This document shows, piece after piece, positions 1 to 9,659 of a DNA stretch of 30,350 bases. The notes below the pieces were generated by a model. That model worked only from the letters and a program-made list of their open reading frames with translations. It was not told where the DNA came from and did no database searches. Position numbers and translations under genes: made by a program. This stretch comes from an uncultured Gemmatimonadota bacterium. Its GTDB lineage: Bacteria; SM23-81; DAOVCL01. How positions within the stretch are numbered: the stretch's first letter is position 1; every line of letters starts with the position of its first letter. The DNA lies in the NCBI GenBank assembly GCA_964626665.1, contig CAZVGK010000033.1, positions 1-30,350 on the forward strand, written 5' to 3'.

Positions 1-215
1 ATAAGCCTACCTTCTGCAGTTTCGGGCTCTAGGCTTTAATATACAAGGGACAGGTTTTGAGACCTGTCCGCAGGGGCTCCTGGGCTAAAGCCGGGCAGAA
101 GTGCAGGGATCGCATTTATGCGACTATCCATTCGTGTTCTGCAACCCATGACCCTTGTTTGGTTGCGGCTTTGCCGCCCTGTGGATTCAGCGACCCTCCT
201 ATCCTCTCTGTCACT

Positions 216-1244
216 TCAATCGATTATCAGGACTTTCGCTCCTCGAATTTTTCCCTCCTTGAGCTCGACCAGGGCCTTATTTGCCTCTTCCAAAGAGAAT
301 TCTTGCACTTCCGGTTTAATGGGGATCGCGGCGGCCAGCTCCAAAAATTCGCTTATATCCCTTCTGGCCACGTTAGCTACGCTCTTCATCTCCTTTTCCA
401 GCCAGAGATGGGTGGGGTAATCCAATTTCATCAGGTATTCCTTATCTGTCTCCTCTTTACGGATGGCATTTATTACCAGTCTCCCCCCACTTTCTAAATT
501 TCGCAGGGCTTCCACTATTGGTTTCCAAACCGGCGTGGTGTCGATGATAGCGTCCAGTTTTTCAGGGGATTCCTCTCCCGTGTCTCCCGCCCAAACCGCG
601 CCAAGCTCTCTGGCAAACTCCCTTTCCTGCGCACTTCTGGCAAAGACGAAGATCTGAGAGTGGGGATATTTGTGTTTGGCCATCTTAATTACCAGGTGAC
701 CAGAAGCGCCAAAGCCGGTAAGCCCCAAATTCTGTCCATCTTTGATCTCAGTTAATCTCAGGGACCGATAACCGATGGCCCCGGCACATAAGAGGGGGGC
801 AGCCTCCGAATCGGTGAACACATCGGGAATGGGGTAGGCGAAGTCCTCTAAAACGGTCATATACTGGGCATAGCCTCCCTGGGCATCCCTGCCGGTTGCC
901 CGGAAATCCGCACATAAGTTCTCCTCGCCTGCTCGGCAAAACTTGCATCTTCCGCAAGCCGAGTAGATCCAGCCAATTCCTACCCTATCCCCAATTTTAT
1001 GTTTTTCTGCTTTGCTTCCTGCTTTTTCCACCCTTCCCACGATTTGATGGCCTAAGACAACGGGCAAACGCGGCGGGGGGGTGCGTCCCTCGATTTCATC
1101 CAACTCGGTGTGACAAACCCCGCAGGCGGAGATCTTTACCAAGATCTCCCTCTCCCCAGGAACAGGATCCGGCAGATCCATAAGCCTCAAGGGATTCTTG
1201 TTTTCCTTTAGGCTACAGATCTGATTTAACACCATCGCCTTCAT
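216..1244 (-). CDS. Zinc-dependent alcohol dehydrogenase family protein (MDR superfamily)
   Basis: CGVCHTE and GHQ catalytic Zn motifs, CxxCxxCx7C structural Zn site, GFGASG Rossmann motif. Confidence 0.92.
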   Translation of the reverse strand: MKAMVLNQICSLKENKNPLRLMDLPDPVPGEREILVKISACGVCHTELDEIEGRTPPPRLPVVLGHQIVGRVEKAGSKAEKHKIGDRVGIGWIYSACGRCKFCRAGEENLCADFRATGRDAQGGYAQYMTVLEDFAYPIPDVFTDSEAAPLLCAGAIGYRSLRLTEIKDGQNLGLTGFGASGHLVIKMAKHKYPHSQIFVFARSAQEREFARELGAVWAGDTGEESPEKLDAIIDTTPVWKPIVEALRNLESGGRLVINAIRKEETDKEYLMKLDYPTHLWLEKEMKSVANVARRDISEFLELAAAIPIKPEVQEFSLEEANKALVELKEGKIRGAKVLIID

Positions 1245-1380
1245 TTGCTTCTCAGCTCCTTTCTAACCTGAAAGGTTTATATGGGCACCAATTCTCACAG
1301 TGTCGATCAAATACAGGTTGTGCAAATGTTTAGTCTTCCGAGAGACTTTATTGCCTTATGGCAAGTTTAAAGCATAATAT

Positions 1381-1406
1381 AACCTAAGGCGTTGCGGGTA
1401 AGAAAT
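1381..1406 (-). other. Degenerate half attC-like remnant
   Basis: aacctaaggcgttgcgggtaagaaat resembles gcctaacggacggcgggtaagcgaat at 12908; lies next to the stop codon of the 1411 gene. Confidence 0.45.
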
Positions 1407-1410
1407 AAAT

Positions 1411-1896
1411 TCATCTATCAAAGCCATCGATTACGGTTTTTAGATAAATGGCCATCATTCCCTTACTCTTGTCCCTGATCAGAGATTCTTCATCCGATCC
1501 CTCCATCAGTGCTTCCACCACATATTTTAAGACCTCTTGCTGATTATAATTCTCAACAACCTTTTCTACAGTTTCTATAAAACCCGCCTCAGATTCGTCC
1601 TCCAGATATTCGATCATTTGCATGTTTGACTCTTCCGCCTTATCCAAAATTTTCTCTGTAACCTTGGGCAACCGAGTAGTTCCCTGTGACATCATCTGCC
1701 AAACCACCATTCCCAGATAAAGCAGCAACTCCCGCTCATCCTGATTGAAGAGATCACTCCCTATGCCCATAAGATAGGTAAAGACAAATGGCTGTTCTTT
1801 GCTCATCTGGTAAACAAGTTTAGGCATCTCTTGGAGGGATATCCCCCCCATTCTTTTCCAGGTTTTTTCTACAACCTCTGAAGATATGGGATTCAT
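1411..1896 (-). CDS. Hypothetical acidic helical protein (cassette gene)
   Basis: ORF of about 161 aa; AAGGGAG RBS upstream of the ATG at 1896. Confidence 0.75.
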   Translation of the reverse strand: MNPISSEVVEKTWKRMGGISLQEMPKLVYQMSKEQPFVFTYLMGIGSDLFNQDERELLLYLGMVVWQMMSQGTTRLPKVTEKILDKAEESNMQMIEYLEDESEAGFIETVEKVVENYNQQEVLKYVVEALMEGSDEESLIRDKSKGMMAIYLKTVIDGFDR

Positions 1897-2024
1897 CAGC
1901 ACTCCCTTAATTTACAACTTTTCACCACGCCTAATAATGGCATCAGAATTTTAGATGAAGATATAGGGGTAAAAGGAAGTCCCTTACCTTTCCCTCGGAG
2001 GGGTATATGAAATTGTCATTGCTT

Positions 2025-2471
2025 TCAACTATTCTTAAGCTCTTTATCAACGGCTTCTTGTAACCGACCAAAGGATAACGACTTTTGCCCTCCGATAGCT
2101 GCCAAATACCCCTTTGTTAAATCTTCAACGGTTGATTCCAAAAGCACCATAAATTGGGTGTAAGCAAACTCTCGCTTTGGATCTTGCTCCTTCTCCCCAA
2201 AGACAATGGATAGGAGGTCCTCAATCATTTGGTCCATCCCGTATAGTTTCAGATGAAGCAGCTCGTGAACCACCAATTCCTCAAGGTTCGTGCACTTTGG
2301 GGAATGGTTCACCAAGATGCAAGCCTTCTTATCCTCCAGATCAATTTTTATGTCCCCAGATTTTCTCCATTTGGTTTTAACGATTTCGATCGCTATATCC
2401 CAATCCCTTAACCTGAGAATCTCCTTCCACTTTTCTAAGTATTTCTTTACCTCTTCCTCGCTGACATTCAT
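2025..2471 (-). CDS. Putative HEXXH zinc metalloprotease-like protein
   Basis: VVHELLH motif; AGGAG RBS; flank ggtatatgaaattgtc (~2002-2017) resembles the cassette-end motif at 9723. Confidence 0.7.
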   Translation of the reverse strand: MNVSEEEVKKYLEKWKEILRLRDWDIAIEIVKTKWRKSGDIKIDLEDKKACILVNHSPKCTNLEELVVHELLHLKLYGMDQMIEDLLSIVFGEKEQDPKREFAYTQFMVLLESTVEDLTKGYLAAIGGQKSLSFGRLQEAVDKELKNS

Positions 2472-2517
2472 TTTCGTATTCTCCTAAACAGAACTTGGCC
2501 GCCTGTGATGGGGCTCT

Positions 2518-2704
2518 TCTGACAGGACAACAGCGTTTACAGGATTAAAAAAAGCACCGAACGACACCGAAACTACAGAAAAATTAGAATACACATTCTT
2601 CCTTAAAATTTCTTGTCATACCAGTGGCTTTCGGTGTTTAATGTAAGGAGGCGTTTATCTTATTCATCCTGTCAATCCTGTCTAAAAATGGAAATTCTTA
2701 TGCC
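2518..2704. repeat. 9-mer periodic inverted-repeat element (ACAGGAT/ATCCTGT family), copy 1
   Basis: gacaggacaacagcgtttacaggat...atcctgtcaatcctgtc followed by taaaaatggaaattcttatgcc; similar to 22247-22366. Confidence 0.7.
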
Positions 2705-2710
2705 CTTATC

Positions 2711-2754
2711 TGACGGCGAGATAGGAGGTAGCAGAACCCCGATTCTGCCACCTC
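2711..2754. repeat. REP-like hairpin, copy 1
   Basis: gaggtagcagaa-cccc-gattctgccacctc; second copy at 28164-28208. Confidence 0.65.
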
Positions 2755-2777
2755 GCTTTCAACTGTTTACCATAAGG

Positions 2778-3029
2778 TTAAGACTCCCTGCCTCGTCGGG
2801 CCCCGGACAGTCCAGCAAGTACAGCAACGAAGATGGCCACTTTAAGGGAGGTTAACCAAGATATCGACCGGGCTATCAGGCCTTGCTGCACGGCTCCTGG
2901 GAAAAGATCCGGAATCGTCCAAGCCCAGAGCAATTTTACCAAGAACAGGGCTACTACAAAAGCTCCTACAGAAAACACGAAAATGCCAGGTCCAATGGCG
3001 ATCCACCAGGATTTCCTCATTGGTCTCAT
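2778..3029 (-). CDS. Small two-TM membrane protein
   Basis: Two hydrophobic segments; AAGGAGG RBS. Confidence 0.75.
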   Translation of the reverse strand: MRPMRKSWWIAIGPGIFVFSVGAFVVALFLVKLLWAWTIPDLFPGAVQQGLIARSISWLTSLKVAIFVAVLAGLSGARRGRES

Positions 3030-3046
3030 CCTCCTTTCACATCTGC

Positions 3047-3233
3047 TCAGCGAATTGCCGATAGCAGATCAACTTTTAAGTTCCGGCTTGCCCAATTTGG
3101 TCGTAGCGATAGCGAAACCGCTTACTCTACAGTTAGGTCAATTAGCGCTGGCCCCGACTCTGTCGGAGTGAGACCTCTGTCCCTAAGCGAGACGAAGCCT
3201 ATTTGCTATCGCTTACCCACCACCCCGTTAGGT
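3047..3233 (-). other. Long degenerate attC-like site
   Basis: Ends cgcttacccaccacccc-GTTAGGT overlapping the TAA stop of the 3228 gene (compare 9706-9729); internal stem agcgatagcgaa/tttgctatcgct; outer core not recognisable. Confidence 0.55.
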
Positions 3234-3755
3234 GTTGGTCCCCGTACCCTGGTGTATACTTGCGACCAGCCCAGTCTGCTCAACTATAGCATCTAACTCT
3301 TGCATGGGGATCGTCTTCAAGAAATAGAGCTCTAAGGATTCATAATGCTTGTCCTGCAGGAACGCACCGGTCAGAAAAATGATTGATAGCCCGATTAGAC
3401 TGCAGCCCAGGGCTGTCCTGTCGCTGGTCAGGTTCCAGATTCCGAAGGGTAGGGCCAGGACACCTACCAAATAGAGTAGATGCACTCCCGATGCCATCGT
3501 CTGGAGAGTGCCATACTTCTCCTTGAATCGTTCCTCCCGGATGAGCCTCCACAGAACTATGGCCTCGGTGGCCGTGATCCTGTACCTGGTCTTCAGGAAG
3601 GTTCGATAGTTATTCGATCTCAGCCGCGCCCAGTCCTGCAGATGGATGATTACAGCATCATAGATGAACGGACGGTACACTAAGTAAAGCAATGTACCCA
3701 CAGCGATTAAAATGAGCGGGAAACCGAGAACGCCCAACGCTTTTGAAAGGTTCAC
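3228..3755 (-). CDS. Hypothetical membrane protein (start uncertain, possibly N-terminally disrupted)
   Basis: Three hydrophobic segments; stop codon embedded in an attC core. Confidence 0.65.
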   Translation of the reverse strand: MNLSKALGVLGFPLILIAVGTLLYLVYRPFIYDAVIIHLQDWARLRSNNYRTFLKTRYRITATEAIVLWRLIREERFKEKYGTLQTMASGVHLLYLVGVLALPFGIWNLTSDRTALGCSLIGLSIIFLTGAFLQDKHYESLELYFLKTIPMQELDAIVEQTGLVASIHQGTGTNT

Positions 3756-3865
3756 CGCAGCACCGGATCTGACAAATAGAAAAACAAGAAAGCAACTACT
3801 CCGGAGAGCATATAACGGAAGGCCTCCGCTAGATTCAACTTGGTCATAAGGACTCTCTGATATAT

Positions 3866-3968
3866 CGTCTAAGGGACTGGCGCCCCTATTGTACCCCTTG
3901 ACTCGTATTGACTTTCAGGTTTGGTTACACCTTGGCTTCATAGTGTAACCAGCGACAGTTAGCTTATC
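3866..3968. repeat. 103-bp attC-abutting element, copy A (left IR degenerate)
   Basis: Right 60 bp collinear with 4941-5043; ends ttagcttatc. Confidence 0.7.
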
Positions 3969-4027
3969 ATCACGAGCGTATCTGATGTAGCGGTGGAGCA
4001 GGATAAGATTTCGTCTTTTTGTTATTC
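3962..4027 (-). other. Degenerate attC-like site with GAT core
   Basis: atc-atcacgagcgtatctgatgt resembles aac-gttccgagcgtagctgaagt (12162); ends GTTATTC over the stop of the 4022 gene. Confidence 0.55.
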
Positions 4028-4870
4028 CTCATCATCCTCAAAATATTCCCCATATTCTTCATCAAATGTGTCTTTCCATCCTAATTTCCCACCCGATAGT
4101 GCATCCATAATGGCTCCTGAGGGTAGCGCACTCTCCAACGCTTCTAAGGGTAGATAACCCTCGTCAGGCCTCCCTTTTTTTATTCTACCGATGGCGATTT
4201 GACACATCTTATAGTCTGTGTAATTTTCTGGAAAGAAATCTCTTGCCTTTCTGATATGAGGGATTGCCCTTTTATCTTGCTGCTTTACCATACAGTTTAA
4301 CAGATGGAAAAAGTCTATATTTCTATATTTCCAATCGCGTTTTGTTGGATCAAAAGCTTCGTCAGGCATTTCCGACATATAGTCGTCCAACAATTTATTT
4401 AGAAATTCAACTGATTTATCGCATCTTATCTCTCCTATGGTACTCAATGCGTATGCCGTTATAAGATCTATCCCCCTCCCTTCTTTAATTGGGTTTTTGA
4501 TTCTATACTCTACCTTTTTAATCACAGCTGGAACGCAAACAGGGCCAAATTTCTTAAGCGCTTTCTTGGCATTTTCACCAAGTTCTGGTTCCTCTATGGC
4601 ATCTGCCAGTGGTGGGATAGCTCTCCTATCACCAATCTCTCCCAGTGCGTCCGCGGCATACCAACTGCTTTGCCATTTATGTTCATTTAATACTTCTATC
4701 AACTGTGGAACTGCAGGTTTGCCAATAGCCACCAATTTGTTTCCAATTCTTTTTAGTTCTTCTTCCCCCTTTTCTGAATAATCCATACCATCATATTTTT
4801 TCAACTCTTCAGTTAAACTTTTGATTTCCTCTCCCATCCCTTTTCGCGGTCTTCCCTCTTTTTTGGTCAT
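4022..4870 (-). CDS. HEAT/PBS-lyase repeat protein
   Basis: AADALGEIGDRRAIPPL-type repeats. Confidence 0.8.
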   Translation of the reverse strand: MTKKEGRPRKGMGEEIKSLTEELKKYDGMDYSEKGEEELKRIGNKLVAIGKPAVPQLIEVLNEHKWQSSWYAADALGEIGDRRAIPPLADAIEEPELGENAKKALKKFGPVCVPAVIKKVEYRIKNPIKEGRGIDLITAYALSTIGEIRCDKSVEFLNKLLDDYMSEMPDEAFDPTKRDWKYRNIDFFHLLNCMVKQQDKRAIPHIRKARDFFPENYTDYKMCQIAIGRIKKGRPDEGYLPLEALESALPSGAIMDALSGGKLGWKDTFDEEYGEYFEDDEE

Positions 4871-4940
4871 TTTATTTACCCCCTTTTCAATCTTGTATTA
4901 TATCCTGTGAGTGTAAATACAAACTTTTCCAAAACCGCTT

Positions 4941-5043
4941 GATAAGCTAAACAACGCTCCTATATTAGGATGATGGGCTATATAAGCACCAAAGTCTGGT
5001 TATACCTCAGTTCCATGGTGTAGCCAGCAACGTTTAGCTTATC
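4941..5043. repeat. 103-bp attC-abutting element, copy B (intact IRs)
   Basis: Perfect 12-bp terminal IR gataagctaaac/gtttagcttatc; inner hairpin ctggttatacc/ggtgtagccag. Confidence 0.85.
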
Positions 5044-5121
5044 GGAATAGAGACAAAAGAAGTTCCGCTGCAAACAGAATTTGGGGGAATCCTCGCTTTC
5101 CCCTTTTATCCGTTGCTATGT
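5037..5121 (-). other. Degenerate attC-like site with GAT core
   Basis: Shares aaaagaagttccRctg...gaatttggg...ccttttat with attC 7185-7273; overlaps the stop of the 5116 gene. Confidence 0.6.
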
Positions 5122-5859
5122 GAAGTTGATACGGCTTTTCCCGTTTTCTAACAACCATTTCTTCCATCTCTTTTTAAAATTCTTAAAATCTTCACTAAGT
5201 ATTTCAAATACATTTCCATTATCACACTCTCTCACAATTTTCAATATCATCTCTTTGCCATAGGTATTTTCAATGAACATAACCATCGTCCATCCCCAGT
5301 CATAACTTAATTCTATATTACCTTGAATCTCTTTAATATCAGGGATAAGCTTTTCCTTAATACCTTTTAAGACAGGCTGTCTAAATTGGTCCTCATCCTT
5401 CCATTGTCCAGATAAATAAACGGCCAGTCCTTCACTCCACCATCTTGGAGTTGTTTCAATGTCAGGGGTAAGATACTCCTCAAAGACATGAGTTAATTCA
5501 TGGAACACAAGTCGCCTATATTCATCCGACTTATATCTATATGTAGAATGATCTTTATACGCAGAAGGGGAAAGAAAAACCAGATCGGTTTTTTGAGCCT
5601 GTGCTACCCTCGCGGGATTAGAAGGTGTTTCTATCTCAACCCTCAACAAATTTATTACGAGATGGTCATATTCTCTTCTATTGGGAACCAATATCGCTCT
5701 AATTGTTGGAGGAAAGGGCTTTTTTGGGCAAAAATATCCTGAAAGAAAGACAAGCGCCTCTTTTGAAGCTATAAAGGTTTCCTCGGCAGACGGTTTGTCT
5801 CCTTCTATATATCTAACTTCTATATTACCTTCACCAAGCACTAAGTAATTATCTAACAT
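5116..5859 (-). CDS. Peptidase MA-clan-like zinc metallopeptidase domain protein
   Basis: HELTH plus downstream WWSEGLA gluzincin-like motif. Confidence 0.8.
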   Translation of the reverse strand: MLDNYLVLGEGNIEVRYIEGDKPSAEETFIASKEALVFLSGYFCPKKPFPPTIRAILVPNRREYDHLVINLLRVEIETPSNPARVAQAQKTDLVFLSPSAYKDHSTYRYKSDEYRRLVFHELTHVFEEYLTPDIETTPRWWSEGLAVYLSGQWKDEDQFRQPVLKGIKEKLIPDIKEIQGNIELSYDWGWTMVMFIENTYGKEMILKIVRECDNGNVFEILSEDFKNFKKRWKKWLLENGKSRINFT

Positions 5860-5880
5860 CTATATGTCCCAAAGAATTTC

Positions 5881-5959
5881 GTCTAACGCATCCCAGATAT
5901 ACGAGGTGGTGTAAGGCATTTGGGCGTAACGCAGTGAAGCCGTATATCTGGTGTTATCC
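5881..5959 (-). other. attC recombination site
   Basis: GTCTAAC...ccagatatacg/cgtatatctgg stem...GTTATCC; GNAT stop codon inside the core. Confidence 0.85.
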
Positions 5960-6520
5960 GATGTTGCCGGTCTTCAACCGCTCCCATTCGTGGTCGAGAA
6001 TAGCGAACAAAAAAGAATCACGCCATCTTCCCTTTGCCCACTTGTGCTCCCGGAGGTGCCCCTCACGTTGCATGCCGATTTTCTCCAAAACACTTATGGA
6101 CACAATGTTCGCCGGATCGCACGTAGCAAAGACCCGATGCAACTTGAGCCTGTCAAAGCCAAACGTAAGGAGCGCCCTTGCGGCCTCAGTCGCATAGCCC
6201 TGTCCCCAGAAATGGCGATTGAAGCAATAGCCGATCCACCCCTCTCGACTATCTGGGTTTGACACATGAATTCCACAACCGCCAATGAGCCGATCTCTTG
6301 CCTTCAAAACTACTGCGAACTCGTAGTTCCTCCGGGGCTGTTCCTGCTGATAAGCAATTGCTTGACGAATGAAGTTCCGGCTCTCATCCTCTGTATTAGG
6401 CCCCCATTCCATGTAGCGAACAACCTCCGGATCAGAGGCGTACTCATGCACAGCTTGCCAATCGAGTTCGTCAAACTCTCGCAGCACAAGGCGCTCCGTT
6501 GTTAGTGACAGGTGCTTCAT
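5954..6520 (-). CDS. GNAT family N-acetyltransferase (RimJ/RimL type)
   Basis: TERLVLREF, WGQGYATEA, NIVSISVLEKIGMQREG motifs. Confidence 0.92.
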   Translation of the reverse strand: MKHLSLTTERLVLREFDELDWQAVHEYASDPEVVRYMEWGPNTEDESRNFIRQAIAYQQEQPRRNYEFAVVLKARDRLIGGCGIHVSNPDSREGWIGYCFNRHFWGQGYATEAARALLTFGFDRLKLHRVFATCDPANIVSISVLEKIGMQREGHLREHKWAKGRWRDSFLFAILDHEWERLKTGNIG

Positions 6521-6544
6521 AATTCCACTTGTATTGGCTGTTTG

Positions 6545-6565
6545 GTATAACGGACGGCGTTATCT
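6545..6565 (-). other. Collapsed 21-bp attC (internal deletion)
   Basis: GTATAAC-ggacggc-GTTATCT: both cores kept, 7-nt remnant identical to the start of the 12908 attC. Confidence 0.65.
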
Positions 6566-6582
6566 GCCGTAGCCAGTTTGCT

Positions 6583-6975
6583 CTATGCAGATTCAATCGG
6601 GATCTCGTACTTTACAGGCAATAGTCTTTCTAAATTCAAACGCTTGGAAGCATCAAGGATCTCAATGCCCACAATTCTGTCACCTTCCCCCACATCCAAC
6701 ACAATGTCCTCAGAAAGCCGCTTGTTAATCACAGGCTGTTTCCGGTCATCTAAGCGAATGTAAAGCAAATCAGTCTTGGCATTATACCCCGTATTCCGGA
6801 AAATCAGTTTTTAGATTCGTAACTCATTGATTTTTAAAGATAAATTTCCCGGATTTTTATGGACTACATTTTTATTGGTGGTTGTTAAAAAACTGTTCAA
6901 CTGGTTGATATTATTGTAGTTTTTCGTATTCAATCTTAAATTTTTTCCGGAATGTGGGTTATACAGTATCTGCAT
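6583..6975 (-). pseudogene. DUF2283-like TA partner gene interrupted by a MITE
   Basis: Near-identical to 11635-11850 but split a few codons after the start by the 6788-6958 insertion. Confidence 0.88.
6788..6958. mobile_element. 171-bp MITE with 16-bp TIRs and 6-bp target duplication
   Basis: CCCGTATTCCGGAAAA...TTTTCCGGAATGTGGG flanked by TTATAC at 6782-6787 and 6959-6964; empty site seen at 11834-11839. Confidence 0.92.
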
Positions 6976-7141
6976 CTTCTCCCTGTCGTTTCCGCTTAAA
7001 ATCATAAACTTTGGCTTTCCCCATACGACCATATCTCGCCGGAATAGGGAACCCCGTATTGACCACATCTTTGATTTCATCTTCATTCGTGCCGCGTTCC
7101 TCAGCACGTTCCAGAGTATGGAGATCGATCTGGATTCCCAT
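6959..7141 (-). pseudogene. DUF4258-like toxin with a 33-aa in-frame deletion
   Basis: Copy of 11834-12115 lacking KYYEQ...GKWEG. Confidence 0.85.
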
Positions 7142-7184
7142 CTCCTGTTCTCCTTGAGCTCCCCTTGTAAGTGCTGGCCATAGT

Positions 7185-7273
7185 AGGCAACGTTCTCAGC
7201 ATAAAAGAAGTTCCACTGAAGGCGGAATTTGGGTGAGTGCCGTTAGGCACGAACCTTTTATGCTGTGTTAGGC
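7185..7273 (-). other. attC recombination site
   Basis: AGGCAAC...cagcataaaag/cttttatgctg...GTTAGGC. Confidence 0.85.
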
Positions 7274-7285
7274 GATGAGGTGGCA

Positions 7286-7918
7286 TCATTTTCCCTTCAA
7301 TCTCTCAATTTCCTTTCTGATTTCTTCGACAACCTCGGGGTTATGGATAATCTTCTTTTTCCCTTCCTTAACAGAGAATACGATAAAGACCTTCCCACCG
7401 AACTTTTTCTGGAATTTACGATGGGATGTTTCCTGCATCTCTTTCCATTTATAGTCTTCAAATGTATGCTTGAAGGTAGTGGGTTTTATTTGCAAGCCGA
7501 TATATTTACCGTTTATCTCGATAAAGAAATCCACGTTGTAGAGTCGGTCCCATTCATCTGGTGCTGGTTTTATCTGGATACCCAGGATATTTTGTAACTG
7601 CCCATAAATCGTTTCTATTTCGGTCATATAACCGTCAAAAGTCCTTTTGATTACTACTTCTTTGATATAATCAACACAGTCTGCTTCTGTCACCTTCGCA
7701 ACTTCACATTGGATTACCTCGGTAACCTTTACATACAGTTTTCTGCCAAGTTCATCCAAATACTCTTCAGGATAAACATTTTCATAATAATACACCTCCC
7801 AATCTTCCAATTTCTTTGGGACACATTTTCTGATGAATTCCGAAACAGGGCCAACAGAACGCTTTTTGTTCAACCCCCATCTATTCATCGCTTGGTTTAA
7901 CACCCATTCCTTTGCCAT
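7286..7918 (-). CDS. MjaI-family type II restriction endonuclease
   Basis: MAKEW..N..MNRWGLN N-terminus; VDFFIEINGKYIGLQIKP PD-(D/E)xK-like core; close to an MTase. Confidence 0.8.
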   Translation of the reverse strand: MAKEWVLNQAMNRWGLNKKRSVGPVSEFIRKCVPKKLEDWEVYYYENVYPEEYLDELGRKLYVKVTEVIQCEVAKVTEADCVDYIKEVVIKRTFDGYMTEIETIYGQLQNILGIQIKPAPDEWDRLYNVDFFIEINGKYIGLQIKPTTFKHTFEDYKWKEMQETSHRKFQKKFGGKVFIVFSVKEGKKKIIHNPEVVEEIRKEIERLKGK

Positions 7919-7946
7919 TACTTCCTTACTTGAGTTTAGGTTTACA

Positions 7947-8303
7947 TTAGAGTTTGTTTAATACCCTCAACACTTCTTTTGTATCCTCTAAACTATCTTT
8001 CATTGGGGATGGACATTGTATGTAATCTATAAGATCGAACATTAGCTGAAACTTGAGGCAGTCCTTGATAGATAGTCCCCAGATCGTTGTGACTCCACAG
8101 TTCAGGCAATCCTTGTTACATTTTTCAACAATAGCATAGAGTTCATCTGCACACTCATAGCAGACTTTTTCATAGGGTTCCAATGGAGTTAGTTTACCAT
8201 CTTGTGGTGATGGTTCTTCCTCAACGAGAACAACCCCGCTCTCTCCATATTCCAAATCAAATTCCCTTCCACACCTTTCACAAACCCATTTTGACTCATT
8301 CAT
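7947..8303 (-). CDS. Cys-rich putative zinc-binding protein
   Basis: CERC, CYEC, CNKDCLNC motifs; overlaps the MTase stop. Confidence 0.7.
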   Translation of the reverse strand: MNESKWVCERCGREFDLEYGESGVVLVEEEPSPQDGKLTPLEPYEKVCYECADELYAIVEKCNKDCLNCGVTTIWGLSIKDCLKFQLMFDLIDYIQCPSPMKDSLEDTKEVLRVLNKL

Positions 8304-9615
8304 TTCTTATCTCCTTTCTATATCCTAAAAATTTAGATTTATGCTTATAGTCAAAAGTGGTATCTACATCAACTAATCCATTTCTTATCAGGTGTGCATT
8401 GATAAAGGTTTTGTTTCTCAAATAGAGATAGCAAAACAGCTCATTCTCTTTGTCATATTTTTCATTTTCTTTTTCGTATTTTATGGTATCAAAGTTTAAA
8501 AATACTTTCTGTCCACAAGTTTTCTCCTTTAAGAACTTAATCGCCTCCGTATTTTTCTTAGGCTTTTCTTTTACCCCTATCAATCTAATTCTCAAACCGT
8601 TATCTAAAACCAATACTTCCGGACTGACAATCTCCTTCACAGAATAATAATCTTCTCTTTCGGAATGAGAGTTATCTATTTTTGATCCAAATCTCAATTT
8701 TCTTGGGTCAACTTTCTTATCAAACTTTATCGGATCTTTGAAGATATAGGGGAGTTTTTTAATTTTATCCGTAAAATCAGTATCTGTCTTATCCTGCTCG
8801 ATTATCTCAAAGACCACATCTTCAAAAATCGTCTTTTGCCTTAACCTTAGCTTTTCTTTTATGATTGGGAGAAAATCCTTATTGATTTCATACCCGATAG
8901 AATTTCTGCCTAATTTTCTTGCCGCCAACGATGTTGTTCCACTGCCCAGGAATGGATCGAGGACGGTATCGGAAACAAAACTAAACATTTTGATAAGCCG
9001 TCTTGGTAATTCTTCTGGAAACATCGCCAGATGTTTATGCTGTTTCTCTCCCGGAAAATTCCAGTGTCCAGTAAAATATTGATTCCATTCTTCTTGGGTC
9101 AATTTCGACTGTTCTTTAACTTCATGGCTTACTTTCGGCTGAGTACCATATTTTTTGAAAATCAAGATAAATTCATAATCTAATTTAAGAATCCCACTTC
9201 TTGGATAAGGGAAGGAACCCATTACTGTTGCCCCACCCGTGGTATGGCAAGTAGTGACTTTTTGCCAGATAATGGCACCCATATAATCAAACCCAGCGCT
9301 TTCGCAAAACTTAATTATCTCTGTTCTTATCGGAATGACTTTATACCTTCCATAATATACAGAACGGGCAAACTGGTCTCCGATGTTAATGCACAAACGA
9401 CATCCCTTATGCAAAACCCTATGGGCATCATTCCAGACCAAATTTAGATTATTAATATACTCCTCATAAGTGTCATTGAACCCTATCTGCTTTCCATTTC
9501 CATAATCCTTTAATTGCCAATAGGGAGGAGAGGTAATAATGAGATGGACAGATTCATCAGCAACTTCCTTCATTCCTCTTGAATCGCCAATGATTATCTT
9601 ATGTAGTATTTTCAT
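8296..9615 (-). CDS. Beta-class N4-C/N6-A DNA methyltransferase with C-terminal thermonuclease-like domain
   Basis: TSPPY precedes DPFLGSGTT; C-terminal IRLIGV...LFCYLYL...FINAHLIRNGLV resembles the SNase fold. Confidence 0.88.
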   Translation of the reverse strand: MKILHKIIIGDSRGMKEVADESVHLIITSPPYWQLKDYGNGKQIGFNDTYEEYINNLNLVWNDAHRVLHKGCRLCINIGDQFARSVYYGRYKVIPIRTEIIKFCESAGFDYMGAIIWQKVTTCHTTGGATVMGSFPYPRSGILKLDYEFILIFKKYGTQPKVSHEVKEQSKLTQEEWNQYFTGHWNFPGEKQHKHLAMFPEELPRRLIKMFSFVSDTVLDPFLGSGTTSLAARKLGRNSIGYEINKDFLPIIKEKLRLRQKTIFEDVVFEIIEQDKTDTDFTDKIKKLPYIFKDPIKFDKKVDPRKLRFGSKIDNSHSEREDYYSVKEIVSPEVLVLDNGLRIRLIGVKEKPKKNTEAIKFLKEKTCGQKVFLNFDTIKYEKENEKYDKENELFCYLYLRNKTFINAHLIRNGLVDVDTTFDYKHKSKFLGYRKEIRNE

Positions 9616-9659
9616 CTTACATTCTCATATGATTGTGTTTTATTTAAAGCCACCGTTTC

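Noticed and set aside
47-128. REP-like hairpins (ggacaggt/acctgtcc; tcgcat/atgcga)
   Set aside because: Short, single-copy in the window and at the edge; insufficient support to call
4941-5043. 103-bp element as an ordinary attC or Xer dif site
   Set aside because: The GCTAAAC/GTTTAGC pair is not conserved in other copies, there is no L-box geometry, and it does not resemble the 28-bp dif consensus
6811-7107. 98-aa ORF
   Set aside because: Alternate frame of the toxin pseudogene running into the MITE
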